Part shown: one piece after another, positions 50,750-62,300 of the stretch | Position numbering within the stretch: position 1 is the stretch's first letter | Layout of the letters: each line of letters begins with the position of its first letter | Source: Malacoraja senta | Lineage: Eukaryota | Reading direction: 5' to 3' | Length of the DNA: 64,000 nt | Assembly: GCA_038087875.1 (NCBI GenBank) | Contig: CM075978.1 | Location: 112,716,001 to 112,780,000 of the forward strand | The notes under the pieces: generated by a model | Database searches by the model: none | Told to the model about the DNA's origin: nothing | Seen by the model: only the letters and a program-made list of their open reading frames with translations | Program-made: the position numbers and the translations under genes

Positions 50750-51950
50750 ACTGCGGCCGCAGAGCACTGTGAAAAAAAAAACGCTACAGGGCGACCTGTT
50801 AAATGTGCTGCAGCAGCGATCCTCAATGCATGGTGACGGCAGACAAACCACAACACCCAGAGAGAAAAGTAATAACAGGCTTTAGCCGCCGCCTCGCCGG
50901 TCCGGTGGAACGATCTGGGCTCCCATTCCACCGCCAGCGCGTGAACGGTTACCAGCAACAACGCGTCGCAACAACTGAGAGGGAAAAGAGTAACATTTTG
51001 AAACAGTGTAACTCCGCGCCGCTCCTGGCAACACGGCTTCTCCCTCCCCCTTTTTGCCCTCCTCCCCTTGGTAACCGGAGTAGTTGAAGAGGAAATCCAT
51101 GAGGATTTGATTCTCTGAGATACTCACAGGAAGCAAAATTGAAGTGGGGAGGGGGGCACTTTTTGCCTCGAGAACAGTGAGTGCAAGTAGGTGGGAGGGG
51201 GAGGAGGAGGCAACCAATGACTTTCAGGACTTCATGAGAGAGCTAGACACACACAGGAGATAAGTGCGGCCAGATGTTGGAGAGCTGTTGCTATTCCGTG
51301 CTCTCTACCTACCTTGACTGAGGAAGTGTGAGTGACATCATATCTTCATTGAAGTCTTTGCCGACCACAAAAGACGCCGGGAATCGACCGGCAACCTTCC
51401 GAAAAAGAAAGTCCGGGATCCCGCGAGCCAATCGGATCGTAAAGTGGGCGGCGCTTCCGCTTTCAGGGTAGGTTATTTCGGAGTAACCGTGAGCCAGCAA
51501 AAGGGGGAATTTGCGTGTCTTCGGTGGGGAGGATGGAATGCATCTCGGGAGTTGTAGTCAGCGGGCACCAGAGCAGAATCTTAAGTTTGAATCCTCGCCA
51601 GTTCAGAGTTACCATCGTTCGCCTTTTGCCGGAGAGCTTTCATGTGGCGAATGCAGGTTGTCTGGAGATATGCAGAAGCGGAAGTTTAATTCGAAAATGA
51701 TCTCTCGACTGGTACACTTAAGACAATAGTCAAAACTTTTTTTTTTAAAGTTGATGTGCAATTACGCGCAACTGTTTTCGAATATTAAGAGCATACATTT
51801 TGAGAAAACTGCAGAATAATAAAATCACTATAGAAACGGGAGGACGTGACGAAGCAGAGTCACGTCTGCAGATGTTGCAAAGGGGTCATCCCGCTGCTGC
51901 ATACTTGCAACCCGCGTTTCTTTTGCCGAATTAAAAAGAATGTCAAGATT
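50750..51950 (-). promoter_or_regulatory. CpG-rich promoter / 5' exon region of ZBTB18
   Basis: Only non-TE CpG-dense stretch; CCAAT 51428, GGGCGG 51446, CTTCCG ~51454; candidate minus-strand donors AAG|GTAGGT (exon end 51313) and CCT|GTGAGT (exon end 51128). Confidence 0.7.
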
Positions 51951-53007
51951 CTGTCCACATTTTCCGACTTTTTCAGTTAATCGCCAGCATGTGTTCTCCA
52001 ACTGGCAGTGCACAGCTACTTCGGCTGTAAGGCTGGGAATGTCGTCTGTGACTGCTGCCGATGTTGTTCTGATATTACTGTTACTGGGCTGCAGGAGGCA
52101 CGGCTAAATCTGGATGCTACCAGTTGCCTCAATCTAAATAACAAAAAAAATCTATTACATGGTACATCGTTTCGTGTATAGCTGAAATATAAAAGAAAAA
52201 TTTACGAAATTAAGGCAACTAAATTCAAATAACTAGTTATTCCGGGCTGTTGATTTCACCGTAGCCGCTGTCAATGTCATTCAGGATTGACAGGCAATAG
52301 CAGAGAGGGCCTAATGACCAGCTTTTGTGTTCCTCTCTCAAAATAGTAATCTATTGGATGAGTCCAGCTGGGAACCAACAAAACTTACACAGTTTAGCCT
52401 ACAGGACAGGCAGATGTTGGTTTTCGATTCGTGACCTAAAATTTCATTGTCAACTGCTTGTGTTGTGGATCTGCACTTGCTATTTGCGATAATAATGCAG
52501 AGTTAATTTCAGGCCAATGAAAAATTGCAATGCTATTTATTTTGCAATGCAAACTTGGCGTCCAGCAATCTCTTTTACTTTCAGTTCCTATTAGATGGTA
52601 CTAGTTGAACATTTTCATTCTCTCGCCTGCTTAACAGAAATGTCATGCAATTTTATTTTTGCGGGAAGAATGAATGGAGATTTTTGTGAACCAATTGATT
52701 GGCTGCATTAATAATTTATCTATGGTTTGAATTTGCATAATTTTGAATATGACTTTTTTTAAAGTAGCACCAAATGCAAAGTTGATGCATTGAATATGCT
52801 ACTCCAGCCAGAGGACATTGTCATGGTAGGGTATTTTGAACTTTTTTCACTCAATTTGTCAGGTTGAAGTCCCAGATAAATATTTTTTTATTTTTTGGAA
52901 GACTAGAATTGGTAAACTAAATAGAAGTTTATTTAATGCAAGATACTAACAATATGCAGTTAAACCTACCAAAGTTGTATAAGAATTGATGGGGGGAGAA
53001 AGATGCA

Positions 53008-53172
53008 CTATGCCAATATTGCCAGCTGTAATACTTCTGTGCCAGCTGTTCATGCTGTGCCAACTACACTGACACTGTCAATTGTGCCAAAGGTACTAGC
53101 TGTGCATCAGTGCCATTGATGCCAGCTGTGCCATTTGTGCCAACTGTGCTGTCTTTCCATTTGTGCCAAACT
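53008..53172. repeat. Degenerate ~9-bp periodic repeat (GTGCCAGCT/GTGCCAACT)
   Basis: Repeated TGCCA(A/G/T) units such as GTGCCAGCTGT, GTGCCAACT, GTGCCATTT. Confidence 0.6.
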
Positions 53173-54499
53173 TATCTGTGCACAAAATCCCTGGTCTTAG
53201 TGATCAACATTTGCTTAGTTTCTCAGGTCTATAGATACTACATGGCCCAAGTTTGTTTTGTGAGGCAATATCCAGTATTTTCCTCAGTTTGCCATTCTGG
53301 ATGTTGTTGGGCAGTTTCAGGGCACATAAAGTATAGTTAAACCCTTGAACATAAAGAAAGGAGTCAGGGATGTGGTGATCAATATATCCCGATAATTGTG
53401 CTGTGATGCTTTTAGTTGTGCCTTATTTACTACGAAAGCATTTCTGCACTCCAAATAAAACATTTTAAAATGACCAAACTTCTAATCTGCTTTATCCCTT
53501 AAGTGCGGTGGTGACTGTAAACATACATATCATGTGAACAGCATCACAGGGCACAATCAATGGCCAGAATTTGATTTGTATTGAGGTGAATTTCTGCCCG
53601 ATCTTCATCTCACAATTCCTAGTGAAGTTATCGTCTCATTCCCCTTCCATTTCTGCATTTTGCTTAGCATATACTAGGCCACATTCTGTGTTTCACTTCC
53701 AAAATCTGACCTGCCCGGCTGCCATTCTTGGCTGGTGATGCCAAGAATCGACACTGTGCCCTTTCACTTTCCAGCAAGAAAAATCAGGGGAATGCTGTTG
53801 CAAGATGGAGCCAGCCCAACATCCACAGTACAAAGCAAGAAGGATGAGGGCTAAATTAACTGGCCATAGTGTTAATAAAGCTTTTGTATTATTAAGATAG
53901 AGCTATTAAGTCAAGGATAACCATACCTTCTGGTACCATTTCATTGGTTTATTTCGCAAGGGAAGGATTTACATGGAAAATGAGCAATGTGAATTCCACC
54001 ACTGGAAGCTGACAAAGGCAATTTAATGGCCTGTTGTGTTGAACTATGCTTCATGTTTGGACTTTTTACTTTAAAGGACTGATACTGATCAAAAGAGAAA
54101 TATGGCCATTCAACTATTTTTAAAAGATTAATTGTTTCAAGGTTGCAGGCAATCTGCAAATGTTAGTAACAATCTTTCCTCAACTGTCTCAATATCATTG
54201 AGGTAACCTTGCCATGTAGTCCAAACTAGTCAAGGATGGAATTCACCTCGAAGAGACAATAAGGAATGTGTGGGAATTTTATAAATCGCCATAGCCGTTC
54301 CTTTTCATGTACTAGTCTACACATTACATAAATTATTGAATTTAGTTACAAAGGAATAATCAACAGTAATATAATAAACAAACTACATGAACACATACAT
54401 AAATTGTAAGTTCTAGGTAGAGATTTACAAACAGATGAACAAAGGTAAGTAGTACATACAATTTCAAGTATATTTGAAGTAGTTCAAAGGTCGAAACTA

Positions 54500-55205
54500 G
54501 GTCATAGAGTCATACAGCACAGAAATAAGCCCTTCGGCCCAACTTATTTTATAGCTCAGTTAGTCCCATTTTCCTGCATTTGGCCTTATACCTGCAAATC
54601 TTCCCTATCTATGTGTTAAAGAAGGAACTGCAGATGCTGGAAAATCGAAGGTACACAAAAATGCTGGAGAAACTCAGCGGGTGCAGCAGCATCTATGGAG
54701 CGAAGGCAATAGGTAACGTTTCGGGCCGAAACCCTTCTTCAGACTGCCCTATCTTCCCTATCTATGTGCCTGTCTAAATATCTCAAACATCACCATTGTA
54801 CTTACCTTTACAGTTTCCTTGTTCCATATATGCACCACTCTCTGTTTGAAGAAATTGCCCCTCAGGTCTCTTAAATCTTTCCTCTTTCACCTTAAACCTA
54901 TACCCTCCAGAACTGGGGTCCTCAGAATTAAGTAACCTGAGGAGCAATTTCTTCAAACAGAGTGGTGCGAAAATGGAACAAGCTGCCAGAGGAAACTAGA
55001 AGGTAGTACAATGGTTCATGGGAATAAGACTGTGATCATTCACCTATCCATATCTCTCATAATTTAATTTACTTTGAGGTCATCCTCAGCCTCCCATGCT
55101 CCAGGGAAAAAGTTCCAGCTGATCCAGCCGCTCCTTATAACTTAAGCCCTTGAGTTCTGGTAATATTTTGGTAAATATTTCTGCACACTTTCTAGCTTAA
55201 TTGAT
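54500..55205 (-). mobile_element. CR1 LINE 3' region with nested insertions
   Basis: GTCATAGAGTCATACAGCACAGAAATAAGCCCTTCGGCCC start; CR1 continues after 54768. Confidence 0.75.
54616..54750 (-). mobile_element. Young Penelope terminal-repeat insertion
   Basis: 18-bp TSD ATCTTCCCTATCTATGTG at 54598-54615 and 54751-54768. Confidence 0.8.
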
Positions 55206-55304
55206 TCAGATGTTCAGAATTTTATCATTTCCAATAACCACAAACTAATCAAATGAGGATTTGTTTTTGTTTTGGACACAATTCTATTTCATTTTGGATG
55301 TACC

Positions 55305-55600
55305 TTTAGAAAGGAGATGAGGAGGCATTTCCTTAGCCAGACGGTGGTGAATCTGTGAAATTCATTGCCTCAGATGGCAGTGGAGCACGTCTTTGGATAT
55401 TTATCTTTAGGTATAATATCTTTACATAAAATATCTTTGGCTATTTTTAAAGTGGAGAGTGACAGGTTCTTGATAGTAAGGGTGTCAAAAGTTATGGGGA
55501 GAAGGCAGGAGAATGGGGTTCCAAGGGAAAGATAAATCAGCCGTGATTAAATGGCAGAGCAGACTTGATGGGCCGAATAGCCTAATTATGTTCCTATGAC
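55305..55600 (+). mobile_element. CR1 LINE 3' end
   Basis: GGAGATGAGGAGGCATTTC...GGGCCGAATAGCCTAATT tail. Confidence 0.8.
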
Positions 55601-55657
55601 TTTTGAACTTATCAATTATATATCTTTTTTATTTCAAATCGAATATAACGATATTTA

Positions 55658-56734
55658 TTTTTTTTATTTTTATTTTTTTAATTTTTATTTATTAGAAGTA
55701 CATTACATTACAACCACATACATTAATACTCGTCATTTATATCTTCTTACAATTAATGTACTCCCTTTATTTATTTTTTTACACTAGAGAAAGAAAAGAT
55801 TGAAAGAGAGAAGAAAGTGAAGGAAAAAGTGCAAGTGTAGAAAAGTGTAGAAAATGTAACAACAAAAAAGGACGAAGACCCTATAAGAGCGAAATTAAAA
55901 ACAAAAAGAAAAAGAGTTAAGAAATAGGCCCTAAGAAAAGAAAAGAGAAAGAGAAAAAAAGAGAAACAAATGTTTTTTTTTGAGCATCACGTAAATAGGA
56001 CATACCAACTCTTCAACTATCATCCCCCCTTACCCGACCTCAATTTTTTATTTTTTTAAAGTACTTTTGCACCCTATGTTTGTAATAATTCTATAAATGC
56101 AGACCACGTCAGGTGGAAGTGATCTGGTTTACCTGCTAGGAGGAGTCTTATCTCTTCAAGGTGTAATGTTTCAAACATATTTGAAATCCACATATTTATA
56201 GTTGGTATTGGAGCCTTCTTCCAAAATTTTAGAATTAGCTTTTTTCCAGTTATTAACCCATAATCCATTAATTTCTTTTGAAACACATTTAGTTCTGGAT
56301 CATCTTCCGTTATTCCGAAGATAATCCATTCTGCTTTGGGTATCAGTCTTGTTTTAAATAACTTTGTAAAGATTTCAAAAATTTCATTCCAAAATTTTTG
56401 AATTTTTGTACAGAAGACAAATGAGTGCGCTATAGTTGCTTCTTGGGATTGACATTTATCACAAATAGATGATACGTTTGGGAAAATTTTATGAATTTTA
56501 GTTTTCGAATAATATAATCTATGTAAAATTTTAAATTGTATTAAAGTGTGTCTTACATTAATCGAGCATTTATGCACTTTTAATAAGTATTCATTCCAAC
56601 TTTCCTTTGAAATTTTAATAGCTAACTCTTGTTCCCAGTCTCTTCTGATATCCTCCGTAGATGGTATTTGAGCATTTAAGATAATATTGTACAAATATGA
56701 TATTAAGTTTGCTGATTCCGCTTTTATCTGCATT
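55658..56734 (-). mobile_element. 5'-truncated L1-clade LINE (ORF2 C terminus, 3' UTR, A-rich tail)
   Basis: ORF 56074-56766: IQFKILHRLYYS...CDKC...AHSFVFC..IQKFW (CCHC zf-RVT); perfect 15-bp TSD ATATAACGATATTTA at 55643-55657 and 56735-56749. Confidence 0.9.
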
Positions 56735-56890
56735 ATATAACGATATTTAGCTTGTGAAAATAACAATGGGCATGAGGATATTTATGGTCTCTTTGACGAT
56801 TGTAAATATTGTCTAAATTATAAATATTTCAACAAAAATATCAAATTTTCCCTGTTTAAAATAATTTGGACGATAATATAGTGGAGACGA

Positions 56891-57767
56891 CAGGGTCTCC
56901 TCTATATCCCGTAGCTCCGCTTTCACTCCCCATCCCCCTACTCGTAACAAGGGCAGAGTCCCCCTTGTCCTCACCTTCCACCCTATCAGCCGTCGCGTAC
57001 AACATATAATCCTCCGACATTTTCGCCACCTCCAACGGGAGCCCACCACTGGCCACATCTTCCCATCACCTCCCCTTTCTGCTTTCTGCAGAGACCATTC
57101 CCTCCCTAACTCCCTGGTCAATTCGTCCCTTCCCACCCAAACCACCCCCTCCCCGGGTACTTTCCCTTGCAACCGTAGGAAATGCTACACTTGTCGCTTT
57201 ACCTTCCCCCCTCGACTCCATCCAAGGACCCAAGCAGTCTTTCCAGGTGAGGCAGAGGTTCACCTGCACCTCCTCCAACCTCATCTACTGCATCTGCTGT
57301 TCCAGGTGTCAATTTCTCTGCATCGGCAAGACCAAGCACAGGCTTGGCGATCGCTTCGCCTAACACCTCCGCTCAGTTTGCAATAACCAACCTGATCTCC
57401 CGGTGGCTCAGCACTTCAACTCCCCCTCCCATTCCAAATCCGACCTTTCTGTCCTGGGCCTCCTCCATTGCCACAGTGAGGCCCAGCCCAAATTGGAGGA
57501 GCAGCACCTCATATTTCGCTTGGGTAGTTTACACCCCAGCAGCATGAACATTGACTTCTCCAATTTCAGATAGTCCTTGCTTTCTTCCTCCTTCCCCTCC
57601 CCTTCCCATCTCTCCCACAAGCCTACTGTCTCTGCCACTTCCTTTCTTTTTCCCGCCCCCCCTCTACATCAGTCTGAAGAAGGGTCTCGACCTGAAACGC
57701 TGCCTATTCCTTCTCTCCATAGATGCTGCCTCACCCACTGAGTTTCTCCAGCACTTTTGTCTATCCT
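56891..57767 (+). mobile_element. Penelope-like element 3' part (RT C terminus, Cys linker, GIY-YIG endonuclease, terminal repeat)
   Basis: RVPLVLTFHP, CNRRKCYTC linker, FTCTSSNLIYCICCSRCQFLCIGKT (degenerate GIY-YIG); AGACGA duplicated at 56885-56890 and 57768-57773. Confidence 0.88.
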
Positions 57768-60212
57768 AGACGATAATGTGTTATCTTATTCTCAATATTG
57801 TTGTTGAGAGATAGCTACACTTATATATAATTATTCCTTAGTTAAGGCAATTCAATGGTCATTTGTGTATACAAAACTGATTTGAATAACTATACTTGGG
57901 AACTTATATGACTGCCTTGCTCATTGAAAAGATAAAAAATGCATCGAGGACAGGATAACTAAAAGGCAGAACAGCTTTAACATAAAAAGAACTCACCACT
58001 TCCACAAAACTCAGAATAATTTTTCCAACCACCACAGCAAGGCATTTTCGTTCACTAATCTTGCCTTTTTATGACTGGAGAAGTGTCGTTGAACTTTTTC
58101 TTGAGGTTTTCTGTTGTAAAAGGTCAAGGATTTACATTAGTACATTAACTCATTTCATGTTTATGGTCGTGTGGTGGTGGTGTGGGGGTGGGGGGGGGGG
58201 GAGGGAATGGGGGAGAGAGGGGAAATTCATTTTCTATAATTGAAATTGGATTCAGCAAATATTTAAGCATCCTTCCACTCCCAATCACTGGAACATAAGT
58301 GCCTCAAATGACCAGCTTTATTTTTACTATTTATTTGACAAATACCCTATAACCTTCAGGGTTATACAGCCACTTTTTGTGGGAGAGCAGGAAACATGAA
58401 TTGATGGGTAAATGAAAAAAGAAAACACAATGCAGTAAACCAAAATTGAGGCAGATTATTTTCATGGGACCAATTGTTGGTTGAGATCACAAATGCTTGA
58501 GATCATTTAAAATGTTTCTGTTACTGACAAATACAAATCAAATCATGGCAATTAAAAGCAAATATAAATTGCAAAGTGTAAGGAATATAGAAGCAGGATT
58601 AGATAATTGTTCAAAAGTATTCGCATGTGATTCTGGAACTACACTCTAGGATAATGAGCTTTAAATTCTCGTGATACATGCATTTCAAAGAAGATTGAGG
58701 CAAAACAAAAACTCCTAGTTCACCTCAGAAGTACAAAAAGAAATAGAAATTGTGTTGAAAAAATGTCCCTGCTTCTAAACTGAACCTGATTTGTGATGGT
58801 TATTGAAAACGTTACCCTGATGTGGCTACATAGTATGAAACAGAACTAGAATGTTTGTTCTTTTTTTCTTCCAAAGATATTTTTGATGGATCACTGCCCA
58901 GAGTCGAAACAGATGGCAGGCATATTAGCTATATACCTACTGAAATGAAAAGTAGAGAAACAAAAAAGACTACACTGGCTATCTTCACAACTCTCCACTT
59001 AAAAGGAATTAGAAAGTGCAGAAGAATGGAGGCATTTGCCTTAAGCGCAACATGAGACTAAACATAGAACAGTACAGCACAAACTAAAGTTGGAAGGCTG
59101 ACCAGCCCTTAAGGTCTACATTCCAAATACTACTGTATTCAGCTAATTTCAAACAACTGAATATATTTTTAAAAATGGGTAAAATTGTAGAACATTTCCA
59201 TTAACTAGATGAGTTCAATACTCTGGAAGATCTTTTTTTGCTATGAAGACTGTTCAGTTCACTCTCATTCATGTAACCCAATATTGTCTATTACAATTAC
59301 TGTTTACCAATTCTCCACTTTTTTTTGCAGCAGACCAAAAATAGATGAAAACTTAAGCAACCAAGACAAGAAAACTTGAGGATGGAGAGGGCCATTCAGG
59401 CGTTTAATGCTCATTTCCCTGATTCCTGCCTCTTGTCATGACATTTAGCTGTAAATAATCAAGGTGAGTTCACTTTTACTACCTGTCTCTCAAAACATTC
59501 CGAACTGAGGTCTCACTCTATAATTATTTTTTACTTATTTCTATGAAAATATCAAAGGACATTCATGATTATGATAGGTTTTTATATTGATATCATATAT
59601 TTCACAACCCTTTTCTAATTTAGTTCATATTTTTGAAATGTGCGCAAAGTTTTATAATCCTTAACGTTAAATATAACTTCCCATAATTTCAGCAATCAAA
59701 GCTGACTCAGTGATGTAGACTAAAAATGCACTTTGCTCCATGGTTTTTCACCATAAAGACAAATGTTCAAGTTTTATCCACACATACTGTTCTTCGAATC
59801 TATCAGTGGATTCCTACTGCTAATCTTCCCATCTTATTCCGTCCCTTACACCAGTTATATAACTTGTTCTCAGTTAGTCATTCTTGTTGAAATCACTCAG
59901 ATAATAGTATACTGAATAAAGTGCCTCCCTTTCAAATACTACCTTTTGTACTGGTGATTTCCATCATATAAAGAGCTAACCATCACATTAGCCATTGTTA
60001 TAGATCTCACCCACTGTGTGATAATTTTAGTTTCACATGTTTTAATTGATGAAATCAATTCCTATGTTAACTGAACTGACTAGAAGGTAGAACCTGAGAA
60101 GGATCTTTTCTCTTTCAGGTATTAATGAAGCTCAAAACGAATAACTCAGTGAATCGTTTATCATTACCTTGGATATCACCAACAACTACAATGGAACAAT
60201 GGAATGAAATGG

Positions 60213-60302
60213 AGTCTGAAGAAAGGTCCCGACCTGAAACATAACTTAACTATGTTATCCAAAGATGCTGCCTGACCCGCTGAATTACTAGCACTTTGTG
60301 TT
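60213..60302 (+). mobile_element. Penelope terminal-repeat fragment
   Basis: AGTCTGAAGAAAGGTCCCGACCTGAAAC...GATGCTGCCTGACCCGCTGA. Confidence 0.65.
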
Positions 60303-60539
60303 CTTTAATGAAATGCTAAAGTTGTCTTGAGAAAGTTCACTGTTTTTATATCCAATACACTTTGGATGGAAGTGGAATCGTGGTGTGTGGGTAACCTACA
60401 CCTGTTTGAAAGGATGCAGTAAGCACTTGAAATGTGTGCACATGCTTCATTATTATGATTGCAGTAACAAGCCTGAACTAACCTTGGGGCATGAATCAGC
60501 TGCCTCCCTTTGACATAGTGATGCATCTGATAGAGCTGA

Positions 60540-60800
60540 TATCTTAACTCCAAAGCTGTTGGTTCAATATTTTTTGTTGGAAGTTTGCACATTCCCTCGA
60601 TTAAAGCATGAGTTTTGTCTGGGTGCTCTGGTTTCCACCTACTTTCCAAAAACGTGCAAGCAGTGTGTAGATGAGTGGTAGAATCTGGGAAGAGTTAATG
60701 GAGTGAGACAAATAAATGGAATTAGGGTTAGAATGAGTGAGAGCTTGATGCTCAGCACTGGGCAGAGGACCTGTCACTGAACTGCATGTCTCTATAACTC
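60540..60800 (+). mobile_element. Degenerate V-SINE
   Basis: AGTTTGCACATTC...GGGTGCTCTGGTTTCCACCTACTTTCCAAAAACGTGC V-domain. Confidence 0.55.
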
Positions 60801-62300
60801 TCAGGATGACAGCATTTGTGGTCCTACCACCACAATTCTACCCAGACCCTTCCTGTTGCCTGTAAGCTAATTAGCCCCGGCAACTGATACTGCAAAATGA
60901 TGCTCAAATGTGCCTCAAGTGTGCTGTTGCAGTCATTGATATTTAGTATCTGGTCTAGTTATATTTCTGGTTAATAGCAGCCCCATTATGTTGATGATGG
61001 GGATTTTCCAATGGTAATGCCACAAGTGTAAAGAAGAAGTAGTTAATTAAAACACAAAATACTGGAAATAATCAACAGGTCAGGCCATATGTTTGGGAAG
61101 AGAAACAGACCTAATGTTTCTGGTTGAAGATCCTTCATCACTTTCAAGTGGTTGGATTATTTATTGTTAGAGATAAATGTAATTTGTCACTTATCACCCA
61201 AACCTTACATTGTCCAGGTCATTCTGCCTCCTGGCACTGTCTCTCCTTTTCTGTGAGTCACATTTGATATTAATTGGCTCAAAGTGAGCATACCATATCC
61301 TTAATGCACATCCAGGAAAGGCCTTTCATTACCATCTCCTCCCTTGATTGTCCATCTGTGCTTCCTGCTCCTCCTCTTCACGGTGTGGTTTCATGGCCAA
61401 TGTCTCAGTCTGTATGTGGACAAAATTATGCAGGACCCTCCAGGTGATGATGAAGTGCGACACATGCCCTGGAGTGCACTACAGCGTAATTCTAGACCAT
61501 TCCAGACATTAATAACTTTACTTTTCTCCATAATGCTGGAAATAGCTCCAGGTTCTGATGAAAACATGATTGGCTGTGAAGACTGGAAGTGTAACAAGTC
61601 TGGAGACAGGCATTCAGAGAGTAGCCTTTCACCCTCTTGAGCTACAAGTTGGTCTGATACAATATTGTTTTCCGTTTTCAGAGTAGACAACTGAAAACTT
61701 TTCCTTGAGTAGAAAACCTTTGAAGCATCTAAAATGGAGCAGGAGATGGCTGATGAAAAGAGTCAGAAGCAAAGGAAATTGCCATAATGTCTTTCATTGG
61801 CATAGACAACCAGTAGTATATCTCAGTAACTATTTCATCAGAGAATAGATTGACTCTCCACCCGACTCTGCTCGCTCCTCTGGTCAGAAAGGACTTTCTT
61901 GGGTCTTGGATTTCTTACATTATTTGATTAATGCAACACAGTTCAGCTCCTACTCATCCACTAACGAATTTGCAAATGATTAAGGATGCCTTAAAATAGT
62001 GTCGAAAGGAGAGGACGGGTGGTCGTTGCTTTTCTTCGTGGATGCCTGGAATCCAATTTGTACAAATGTAATGGAAATTCCGAGCAAACAAAAATCACCA
62101 TTGCAATTATAATTCCTAAGCATTACTTTCAAAAGCTTTTAATCCTTGATGGGACTTGTGCTGTATGAGATGTTTATTGCTTTAAGTTTCAAGAGAGCAT
62201 TCTAAATGCAGCAGCTGACACTGCTCACTCCTCTAGTCATATCTGTTCATTGCATCAGAAATTCATAATTATTACTGATCATATTTGTAAAATGAAAATA

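Noticed and set aside
58170-58222. G-rich tract with G-quadruplex potential (also ~8002-8035)
   Set aside because: Simple low-complexity runs with no functional context.
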